From the NCBI GenBank assembly GCA_964016885.1, contig OZ024741.1, positions 96,968,001 to 97,032,000 of the forward strand: a stretch of 64,000 nt of DNA, written 5' to 3'. This document shows positions 53,362 through 64,000 of the stretch, one piece after another (within the stretch, counting starts at the first letter, position 1; each line of letters starts with the position of its first letter). Source of the DNA: Eledone cirrhosa (lineage: Eukaryota). The position numbers were made by a program, and so were the translations under genes. The notes under the pieces were generated by a model. The model did no database searches. It saw only the letters and a program-made list of their open reading frames with translations, and had not been told where the DNA came from.

Positions 53362-55302
53362 TTCAGGTTATCAATAATGTAGTGATAATAAATCGTTACG
53401 TTAGAGATGAACAGCGTACGTGCAGGTTTGCTCAACGAGTATAAATTATATTCCGGAGAAAATGTAGAAAGGATGAATATAAAATGAAAGTGCTTTTTTT
53501 AAAAAAGGAATTTATTAGGTATTGACATATGTTTCTGTAACAGACGGAATACCTATGTATCGCTGCTTGCGTAATCATATAATGTTAGCAAGTATTCGAT
53601 AGCAAATGTATAAATCAGTTGTCACTTCTTCAGAGATTTTGGATAAATTGGATAAAATCAGAAACATTGAAGTATTTATATTAGTAATAGAGGAAGAAAC
53701 AGAGGGGATAGTATATGACAGATGGTAAATTAATTTACTGCTAAACAAGTATATAATGGGTTTCTAATGAGAATACCATGAGTAAATCTAAATAAGAATT
53801 TTGGGAGTGCCAATTTTAATCCCTACTTGACCAACTGGACAGTGGATAGGGCTGGTCATTTGGTGCAGTAGTAATAATTATGAAGTGTCAATTGGGGAAG
53901 GGGGAGATTTCGATTGCTACTAAATAACATCAATGCTAGTAGCCAGCTGGTATATGCATTAGGGAATTGAATCAAGAAATCAGAAATCTCATTTTATCTA
54001 TAGCAGTTTGTATTAAAAGGTAAATAATAGAAGAGTTGATAGAATTAAGACTAATAAAGAATGTTAATATCTATGTTGACAATCAAACGGGGATAGAGAC
54101 AGGCGTTCAATCCTGGTAGTATTTATAATATGAAAATGTAGATTTTAAGCGATGGTTACAGTATAACGATCGCTCTATTCTGTTATTTAATAAAATGTTT
54201 TTGGATTTCATAATAGAAAATAATTCTACATTACATAACCAGGAATGTGTCCGTTGAACAATCAGTGTCTTGAACGCAACATCGTATACAAATGTACTAT
54301 CGAATCGGATAGACAGAAGTGGTACTATGTGGGATCTACAGCCACCTCCTTCAAATCACGCCTTTATATACATCGTTACTCGATAAAACATGAAAACCAG
54401 CGTTATGTAACAACACTCGCAGACAAGGCTTGGCAGCTGCGTGAAAATAACCAACAATTTCACCTAAAATGGGATATAATAACGGCTGCCCCCCCCCCCC
54501 CCCCCATAATCCCATGGACAGGAATTTTGTAAATTATGTAATGTAGAATTATTTTGTATTATGAAATTCAAAAACATTTTATTAAATAACAGAATAGAGC
54601 GATCGTTATACTGTAACCATCGCTTAAAATCTACATTTTCATATTATAAATACTACCAGGATTGAACGCCTGTCTCTATCCCCGTTTGATTGTCAAAATA
54701 GATATTAACATTCTTTATTAGTCTTAATTCTATCAACTCTTCTACTATTTACCTTTTAATACAAACTGCTATAGATAAAATGAGATTTCTGATTTCTTGA
54801 TTCAATTCCCTAATGCATATACCAGCTGGCTACTAGCATTGATGTTATTTAGTAGCAATCGAAATCTCCCCCTTCCCCAATTGACACTTTATAATTAATA
54901 CTACTGCACCAAATGACCAGCCCTGTCCACTGTCCAGTTGGTCAAGTAGGGATTAAAATTGGCACTCCCAAAATTCTTATTTAGATTTACTCATGGTATT
55001 CTCATTAGAAACCCATTATATACTTGTTTAGCAGTAAATTAATTTACCATCTGTCATATACTATCCCCTCTGTTTCTTCCTCTATTACTAATATAAATAC
55101 TTCAATTTTTCTGATTTTATCCAATTTATCCAAAATCTCTGAAGAAGTGACAACTGATTTATACATTTGCTATCGAATACTCGCTAACATTATATGATTA
55201 CGCAAGCAGCGATACATAGGTATTCCGTCTGTTACAGAAACATATGTCAATACCTAATAAATTCCTTTTTTAAAAAAAGCACTTTCATTTTATATTCATC
55301 CT

Positions 55303-55307
<5 letters not shown>
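53357..55307. mobile_element. PLE (Hydra-type) fold-back: about 775-bp inverted arms around a GIY-YIG fragment (54240-54640, plus)
   Basis: 53465-54238 inverted at 54534-55307; CPLNNQC..IVYKC..YYVGST..FKSRLYIH. Confidence 0.93.
55135..55251 (+). ncRNA. hammerhead (family M); inverted twin at 53521-53637
   Basis: CUGAAGA AGUGACA..UGUUACA GAAACAUAUGUC AAU; stem I weak. Confidence 0.6.
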
Positions 55308-55388
<81 letters not shown>

Positions 55389-55589
55389 ATATATATAAAA
55401 GAAGTTAATATGCCCATGGGTACTAAGTACCCCTAGAAATATATAGGTTGTCTATGATTTAAGGTTGTTCTATGGTATTAATTTGACATACCAGAACTAT
55501 AATATTAAGATAAGCAGAACAAGCAAAATTCAACCAATTTTTTAAGATAAATTAAAAAATATAATTTAAATATTTACCTATTCTTTTGA

Positions 55590-55668
55590 CCCTTACCGAT
55601 CGGTTTCGCTTTGTAAAACACCAGAAATCCAATGGATTTCTAATGGAAAATCAGAGTTCATCAGAGAA
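55590..55668 (-). ncRNA. hammerhead ribozyme (family N)
   Basis: UUCU CUGAUGA ACUCUG..(CAUUAGAAAUCC/GGAUUUCUGGUG)..CAAAGC GAAACCGAUCGGUA AGGG. Confidence 0.72.
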
Positions 55669-55779
55669 GCATTTTCCTTTCCTATGGCTTTCCTATGACC
55701 CAGGAACGATAAAATATATTGTTATCCGCCAGCAAGCACGGATCTAAAAGGTCAAAGAATGACCCGTACGTGAATTGCC

Positions 55780-55845
<66 letters not shown>

Positions 55846-55889
55846 TGAAAAACGAAAAATCAGTGATGCATCGGAACTCAATTAGTTGT

Positions 55890-55977
55890 GTGTTACAGTT
55901 GTTTCGCCGGCGAACAGCTCGCAGTGCGATCTATGTTTGGATCGACTTGACTCTGGATTCACAGGTTCCTCGGACAC
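55890..55977 (-). ncRNA. degenerate hammerhead (family O)
   Basis: GUGU CCGAGGA ACCUGUGAAU..GUUCGCCGGC GAAACAACUGUA ACAC. Confidence 0.6.
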
Positions 55978-56411
55978 GTCTATTCATTCCGGAGCATATC
56001 CTCTCTCTCTATATATATAGGTATATATATCTATTTATATATATATATATATAGGTATATGTTATCTACGCGGGTCATTTTCAAATTAATTATATATATA
56101 TAGACAGATACACCCCCCCCCCCCCCCACACACACACACGCGCGCACAAATATATATATACATATGATTTCGAATTATTAAAACATTACGTTACACCTCT
56201 GAGTAAACACAACCCAACTTATAACTAACATCAACAGCAAACATCCTTTCTAGCAGTACGATTAAAATAATTATTAGAAAATCTCTAAAATAATTATGAC
56301 TAAACAACCATTATTAAATTTTAGCTATGAATAAAGTAACACATATCCGCACATAAACAAACACGCCCCCTACCTCTATTACACTATTTCACCTTCAAAG
56401 ACATACGTCAC

Positions 56412-56477
<66 letters not shown>

Positions 56478-56694
56478 GTGTATATGTGTGTGTATGTGTG
56501 CGTATATATTTATGTATATAGATATGCGCATAAATATCGATTATGTTTAGTCTGATACCTTATGAGGGTATACGTATATAGCCAAGAAATGATAACCAGA
56601 ATTCAAGATAAAGTATAGGCTAATATTAATAGTCACATTAAGAGATATATTTATGTGGAAAGAAGGAAAGGCTAGCGAGCTATATGTATATAAA

Positions 56695-56736
<42 letters not shown>

Positions 56737-56738
56737 CG

Positions 56739-56815
<77 letters not shown>

Positions 56816-56837
56816 GTATGTATATATATATACATAC

Positions 56838-56869
<32 letters not shown>

Positions 56870-56881
56870 CTATATGTATAC

Positions 56882-56921
<40 letters not shown>

Positions 56922-57998
56922 AGATGTCATATATGTTTGGACACACACATATACATATGCAAAGATTAAAAATATGACATCAAAGAATCTATCTAAATCT
57001 TATTTCAAATGTAAAGGAAAATAAACGAAAAAGAAAAAAAATACAAACATAACCTAACAATTACATAAAATAGTATAAAAACGATTCTAAAATTGATATC
57101 TTAAGACGAAACATTCATTCTCCTCTACTTCGAATATAGCAACACTGATAAAACGAAGTGGGGGAAAACATAAAACATTATCTATGTTTAATTCAGACAT
57201 TTATCGCGTGTCTTTTAGCAGTCTAGAATAGGTTTTCTTCTCTATCTTATCTTGCAAAGAATACTAAACTGCAGGTGATTACCTCGTCAAATAGACGACA
57301 TCAAATACAACTAGATATTTTTCGGAGATAACTTCTGTTTATTAACAATCTTAATGGCCAAAATAACCTACGACAAAAGAAACACAAAAAATACTTAGAA
57401 TAGCTGCGTACTTAACTAATGAAAAAAAAATGCATCACAACAAAAATAAACAATTTGAAAGTACTAGAAAGGCAAGAAAAAAACATCATGTTGAATCAAT
57501 TAGAAACACTGAAGTCTGGAGTTCTTTGATTTGGGTATTTCAATGTTTGGTTGGCAATTTGCTAGGCTTCCTCGCTGGATTCTTGGTGGGTTTAGAGAAA
57601 ATAAGAGTTTTATAGCCAGATGAGAGAATGGGAATACGATTATACGAATATGGAGGAAAATAAAATGAAAGCGATATAGGTTTCGTCATTTATCTAAGAC
57701 CCTTTGTACGTGTATGTGCCTACATACTATATCTAGAAAAAGAAGACACATAAAAAGAAAAAAGTGGGAGAATGAGAGAGTGTTAGTTGAGAGAGTAGAA
57801 ATGCTATAAAAAATAAATATTCATTGGTAATTTTGTAAATACTACTTCGATATACACATACAAATACATATATATAGTTCATAGTTGCATACAATCATAC
57901 ATACATACATATATAAATACGTACATACAAATATACATACATACTCACACAGACATACGAACACATACACACACACACACGCACACACACGCACACAC

Positions 57999-58067
<69 letters not shown>

Positions 58068-59625
58068 TGTCTAATGAAGCTAATAGAATGGACTTCTTAC
58101 ATCTCTAGTCAATATTTGCTCAATCAATGATTGAGTAAATACGATGTAAAACGTGTGTTAGAAATACCAAATTATAATTCAGAGTGCACAATTTTGTTGC
58201 TTAGTTAATAGAATATTATGTGTAGGTAACGGTATCTGCATACCAAATAACACAGAACTGCAGACAGGTTTTACGCCTCATTCTATACCTAACCCTTGCA
58301 TCTATCAGAGATATGCATAGTCATGTATTATTGTCATACATCACATATCTAGAACTTTGCAGTGGTTAATCAGTGGGTTCTAGACCATCAACTACGGCAA
58401 AGTTTACCCCTACTTCAGTTCCATTGGCATCATAGTGATACCAGTTTCTGAGAGCAATGGTAGGTAATCTTATAAAGAGAAGGTCGGTAAAAGATTGGCC
58501 ATGGTGTGCAAAGCACGGTGGCAGGACATTTAAAGAAGTGAATGTAGGCAAAAGCTTTTAACCAACTGAGTTTATACAGAACAAAGATAGAGATTCAAAA
58601 TATATATCCGTCACAGATCGTAGATATTGCCTCTTCTTCTCGAGTGATATATCTATAATTTAAAGCTTCAACTTCAGATAAGTGATACATTCATAAAAGA
58701 AAAGAAATGATTGATTATTTTCATCGGTTTATAATCTATTGCTATTTCGTGATTGGTAGAGTACTGCCCTCTGCAACAGAAATATAATATCAAATCCATT
58801 GTGTATGAGGCAAAGATTACACACACCAAAATGAAAATTCTGATGTTAGCATATGATATGTGGGTATGTGCAGGATCATTTTAATTCTACTCCCATCTAC
58901 ACTACATCGTGAATCAGCCCGGCCCGGGCGAAACTATTCTTGTAATTAAATTATAAAGGTGTTCCACATTAGATTATTTCAAAAGTCTAGATATTAGGCC
59001 AACGGTATCAAGAGATATTGTCCCTGGTTCATTGAAAGAATGAGGATCTTACAAGGTTTGTCAACCCCATGTTAAGTGGAAACACTCAATAAATTCACCT
59101 GGCCTTCACCGGCATGGTTATCGATTGCTAAACTTTCGAAATAACTTTTGTCTTTTCCACATATACATAAGGTACACATCCTGTACTATTCAACTTCAAC
59201 ACTTAAATACAACAAAACTCTTTTTATCACATACCACCAATTTATACCATACATCTGCTATACTGAGTATATACACATATATAGATTTCAATTTTAGATA
59301 TATAAGTATTGTTTTCATAACGAGGCGCTTAACATGCTAAACATTTAAAGGTATCTTCAAGCACACCAAGCGCTTGATAACTAGATCACAGTTTTGATAG
59401 CTCTTCCTCTCTGCACCATCGTGCACAATGATTTGAAAGATAGTCATAAATTGAACCTGAAACAGAGATAGCACAGTATATATATATATATTAAATGTAA
59501 TCTGAGTTTTTCGAATATTAATAATAATATTCGATTCGTTTGCAATCATGCAAACAAGCCACGTTTTTAAAACAATGTCAGTAGAATGAGCCCCTCATTC
59601 TTGATCTTCTGTTGGCATGTAAACA

Positions 59626-59675
59626 GAACTGCAGACACTGATGTTTCTGGGTAATGACCTTCATCAGTGCAGTTC
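59626..59675 (-). ncRNA. hammerhead ribozyme (family P) in repeat 59490-59685
   Basis: GAACUGCA CUGAUGA AGGU-CAUU-ACCCA GAAACAUCAGUGUC UGCAGUUC; 8-bp stem I. Confidence 0.78.
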
Positions 59676-59884
59676 GCTGTTCACCTGCCAACTGTCAGAG
59701 TTAGTGAAAATATATGATATTTTCTAATATATACAATAACTGATGAGCCTGATTTGCATATTAGCAGATTCACTGATCAGCCAGATTTGCATATCAGCAG
59801 ACAGGCCAGTCAGTTTCCTGTATACGAGCGACTATTGGCCGAATACAATTTAATTCACACTCACACAAACTGACACATATGTAA

Positions 59885-59917
<33 letters not shown>

Positions 59918-59949
59918 TATACATATATATATATATATATATATATCGT

Positions 59950-61125
59950 TTCTGAATTTGTTTAGCAAAATTCTATATCTGAAAACGTGTGCAGTTCTCT
60001 GGTTACAATCAGAGAGATAAAATCAGAGTATATAGAGGAGCCAGAACCAAATGGGAAAAAATGGTAAATAATGATACAAATGGGACTTGCCCCTTGTATA
60101 GGAGCACATTTTGGAATAGAATAGAAAGAACTAACAATAAGGTTAATAGAATAAACTCATGGTATGATAGCAATAAACACCAAAGTGTAATGTTTATCAA
60201 TACAATCCCTACAGGTGAATTAGCTTACAAATTTATAAGGGCCCTAGATAAACTTAAACTAAATATTAAGATAGTAGAAAGACCAGGTACCTCCATAAAA
60301 ACCCTTATTAGTAATACATACCCTTTTCAAAGACCTCCCTGTATAGATTAAAAATGCATAATCTGTAAACTAAGCCCCCATATTAACTGTAAATCTAGAA
60401 ACATAGGATATAGAATAAGATGTACTGAAAGACAATGCAAAGATAAGAATATAGTGTACATAGGTGAGACAGCTCGTAGTATAGGAGAACGGTTAAATGA
60501 AGACTGGAGAGAGCTTCAAGATAGAAAAGAGTCATCAGTACTCCACCAACATGCTAAAATAGAACATAAGGGCAAATTAAAGAACATAAAAATAAAAATA
60601 AAATCTACACACAGAGAAGACAAATCACAGAGGCAATAAACATAAATGAACTCCAACCAAAATTAAATAGAAAACATGAATGGAATAGCAACATCACAAC
60701 TTACAATTAAGGACAAAATGAAAACATACACACATAGAACAAACAACCAACCAGTAACATGTAAATAAACAAATAAATAACTAAATAAACAAATAAAAAC
60801 ACACACAGACACCCGGATGTAACACATGCTCAAACTAAGCACACAACACACACAAAAACAAGATGGCGTAGGACAGTTCAAAGAGAGTCACAAAACAAAG
60901 AGAAGAATCCCCAGTCAGTGAAGAGGTCACAGAATGAGTGACGAAAGAACTTTGACAATATATGAACAACCGTTCGGTTGTGGAACCAACCAACCAACCA
61001 ACCAACCGAACATTTATACATTTTTTAAATTTATAATTTAATTTTTAATAAATTGGAGTGAAAACTACTGGTGCGTGTGTTTCTTATTGGCAACATGACC
61101 CTCCCAAAGTATAACAATATTTATA
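59950..61125 (+). mobile_element. PLE 3' fragment (Naiad-type), same lineage as 23790-25392; degenerate HHR at 60914-60956
   Basis: QFSGY..CPLYRS..W..VMFI..IKIVERPG..CIIC..C..YIGETARSIGERL; GUCA GUGAAGA GGUCAC..GUGAC GAAAGAACUU UGAC. Confidence 0.9.
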
Positions 61126-61149
61126 TATAGTAATAATAATAAATTTGAA

Positions 61150-62645
61150 GACTAAAATCCAAAGACGGCTCGATAAGGATAATATATTTCAGATATATAA
61201 GAAGCGTAGAGCAAATATTTATTAAAATAACACATTAAAGTTTAAGCAAAGTATCGCTGCTTTCACCCTTAACGGGTTCTTCTGAAACTAAAAAAGTCTA
61301 TCTGTGAAAACGTACCCTGGCAAAGAACGGAAAAAAACGAAGATAATTATTTGGTGCGGTGAAAAGAATTACACGGAAAGGCAAAACCACATTTATGGTA
61401 TAAATGAAGTCGTAGACTAATATTCTATTAGGTGGTTCATGGAAAAGTTCTCTGGCATATGAACGGAAAAAAAGAAGATAATACTTCATTATGTGGATCG
61501 GAGAGAACAATTACACGCAAAGACAGAACCACGTAAATGGTATAACTGACGTAGACTAACATTCTATTTAGGAAACCGAATGATTCTCGGCTTCAGAGTT
61601 AAGAATAAAGTAAATAAAATACAGAGGTAAATGAAATTAAATATATACGTACACGCATCCATATACGTACATAGACAAGCATACGCGAAAACATGAGTAT
61701 GCAAATAAAAGCACGTACACAAAAAAGAGAAAAAACACGCACGCACATACAGAACTCACGCAACGCCAGAACCCGCACACATACGAACGTATACACCAAA
61801 TACACATAAAAATATATATAAAAAAATATATATATGGGTGTGTGTGTGTGTGTGCGTGTATACATAATTAAATAAACGTATATAAATATGCACACATAAA
61901 TACGTATATAACGCACGCACATATTTACCTTCATATAAATAAACATATCTTCGCAGATGTACGTCAACCAAAACACACAATACACATATACACACACCCT
62001 ACATACGTACGAACCCGCATACTCACACAGACGCAAAACTCACGTATACACATAACCAAATGCACATGTACCAGTATATATAATATATACGCCATAACAT
62101 ATACAAGCAAATATACGTACGAGAAAGTATACGTACGTTCACAAAACATACAGATAATATATACTTACCTATACAAATAAGTAATGGTATAAACATAACA
62201 TACACGACGTAAAATATCCGCGTATAGTTCCTACTATCCGTTTGGGTATAATGTGGGGCTGTAATACAGGAAAGTTTTGTGCAATTTATGTTTACAAGCC
62301 GAAAATGCCCCATATATTTTGTTTAAGATGTGGTCTTCGGCGTAGAGTATTTCCAAGGTCTCAGCGGCGCAGAGGTCACATGGTATTTTATTTCCTTTAT
62401 ACGATCTAGCCTAACTAGGATCTCCCAGTGTAACTTATATTGGGTGGGGTTGTCTTTTAGACTCCAGATATAAGCTGAAAATGACGTCATATTCCTTCTT
62501 AAAGGGTTAAGAAAAGAATGGGAATACATGTAAAGACGCTGCTTGAATCGACGCTGCTTGAATCTTTTTGCGGTTAACCGTATGCAGGCCCTACGGGACG
62601 TGGGTGTTTCAACCTTAACCGTTAAGGTATGTTCCTTGGCTATGT
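61150..62645 (-). mobile_element. PLE 3' fragment (Hydra-type GIY-YIG 62300-62645) with long 3' region
   Basis: FKQRLYMYSHSF..TSFSAYIWSLK..LHWEIL. Confidence 0.8.
61240..61288 (-). ncRNA. hammerhead (family Q, U4A mutated)
   Basis: GUUU CAGAAGA ACCC-GUUAA-GGGU GAAAGCA..UGCUU AAAC. Confidence 0.7.
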
Positions 62646-62664
62646 CAAAATTTATAAAACACAC

Positions 62665-62720
62665 TTTATCTGATGAAAGCGTACCAAAGTTTTTGGTACT
62701 TTTGAAATATATATAATAGA
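62665..62720 (+). ncRNA. canonical hammerhead ribozyme (family A)
   Basis: UUUAU CUGAUGA AAGCGUACCAAA-GUU-UUUGGUACUUUU GAAAUAUAUAUA AUAGA. Confidence 0.8.
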
Positions 62721-62918
62721 ATAAATATGGTTTTTTAAATATAGTTTCCATTTATTTAATATCATTGAATATTATACTCCAGAAAATAGTCGAGTGCTCT
62801 GAATCAGTTATAAACATTTATATTTGTTGAATTACCAACAAATTGAATATCCCTTCTGCTTATATATATATATTATTCAAAATGTCAACAAAGGAAAAAT
62901 ATTCTCATAATCAAAATA

Positions 62919-62985
62919 TATATTTTATTATACATATTTCAAAGGTACTATGGTGTTTAAGTACGTTTTCCTCCGATAAAATATA
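62919..62985 (-). ncRNA. hammerhead (family A, U4G mutated)
   Basis: 10-bp stem I UAUAUUUUAU/AUAAAAUAUA, CGGAGGA, AAACGUACU..AGUACCUUU, GAAAUAUGUAUA. Confidence 0.6.
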
Positions 62986-63344
62986 TTATTTGATGTGTGA
63001 CATACCGCTACAGTTTTGATTATTCAATTCCAAATAGGCAGATATTTGATTATTGACTTTTGATTATTTAATTCCAGTCCTCGTATTAGGAACAAAAATA
63101 TATAATTCCAGTATTAGGAAGAAAAATATATTTGTTTCCCTTTTTATTTCTTTCACTCTTTTTTCTGGGTTAGAAAATGATTAAAACGAAATATATTTTT
63201 CTTCCTAATAATCGTCTCTTTCTCCCTGTTTTCATATATATATATATATATATATTTATTAAAATAACAGATTAAAGGTGAAGCAAAGAATCGCTGCTTT
63301 CACCCTTAACGGGATCAAATGTAGATGAACAGCAGAAGAACAGT

Positions 63345-63394
63345 GAAGTGCACTGATGAAGGGTAATCGAGAGAAACATTAGTGTCTGCAGTTC
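63345..63394 (+). ncRNA. hammerhead (family P) in repeat 63325-63570
   Basis: UGCA CUGAUGA ..stem II decayed.. GAAACAUUAGUGUC UGCA; inverted homolog of 59490-59685. Confidence 0.62.
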
Positions 63395-63563
63395 AGTTTA
63401 CATGCCAACACAAGAGCAGGAATGAGGGTCTCATTCTACTGATATGGCTTTAAAAATTAGGGTGTTTGTATAATTGCAAACGAATCGAATATTATTATTA
63501 ATATACAAAAATCTCAGATTACATTTATTGTATTCAGCCATGTAGTGTGATAATTTGTTAAAC

Positions 63564-63617
<54 letters not shown>

Positions 63618-63624
63618 TATATAT

Positions 63625-63810
63625 AACGAAGGAAATGTGGTAAGGAACCAGATGGTCCATAACGCACCAAAGTACTCAATACTTAGGGTAGTAGAGTGGG
63701 TAATAGGAACGAGTAGGACCCCGACGGCTGAGCTCAAGCCGTTTCAACGGCTAATTCTAGAATTAGCCGTCGAAACGGCTTGAGCTCAGCCGTCGGGGTC
63801 CTACTCGTTC

Positions 63811-63812
<2 letters not shown>
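63625..63812. mobile_element. mini head-to-head fold-back of family E
   Basis: Palindrome centred on aattctagaatt (about 63758). Confidence 0.92.
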
Positions 63813-63845
<33 letters not shown>

Positions 63846-63847
63846 TA

Positions 63848-64000
63848 ACACAGATTGCGTAGGACTTACCTCGCCATCAAACCCCATAATGACCCGGGGG
63901 GGGGGGGGGGGGTAGACAGGGGCTGTAACACCCCACTTGCCGACTTTGTAATGGGTAACCCCTGCTTGCAAAGTTAGACGTACGATCTTCTTTTATATCT
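63848..64000 (+). mobile_element. upstream part of another family E copy, running off the window
   Basis: caccccacttgccga..aatgggtaacccctgcttgc matches 26316-26380. Confidence 0.85.

Noticed and set aside
58200-59120. Possible exon or pseudogene
   Set aside because: Complex sequence, but no frame gives a recognisable protein.
59738-59802. CTGATGA in a 34-nt tandem pair as hammerhead
   Set aside because: No GAAA or stem III follows.
59989-60639. Selenocysteine recoding, reported for some Naiad PLEs
   Set aside because: Interrupting stops here and near 24633 are TAA/TAG, and the cysteine positions use TGY codons.
62323-62751. 142-aa ORF as a gene
   Set aside because: Chimera of a GIY-YIG remnant and the antisense of an unrelated HHR-bearing insert starting near 62645.

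Overview
AT-rich eukaryotic (animal) intergenic or intronic DNA with no supportable host protein gene. The very long (TA)n/(CA)n/(GA)n tracts and the SINE types suggest a cephalopod such as Octopus (inference). Almost all listed ORFs are microsatellite artefacts. The real content is transposable elements: eight fragments of Penelope-like retroelements (PLEs; RT and/or GIY-YIG, three apparent lineages), a decayed hAT transposon plus a related MITE, L1/Tx1 and CRE LINE 3' fragments, and about 15 tRNA-derived SINEs. The structure the ORF track misses is RNA-level. Reading both strands by eye I find about 31 complete or degenerate type I hammerhead ribozyme (HHR) motifs in about 18 sequence families, many with palindromic stem III. 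Five unrelated families carry a compensated non-canonical U3-A8 core (UUGANAA). Most HHRs sit in head-to-head fold-back insertions in (TA)n, with one long-tailed arm and one arm ending at a fixed point just after the ribozyme; several of these elements are non-coding. All folds and coordinates were read manually, not computed, and element boundaries are approximate.
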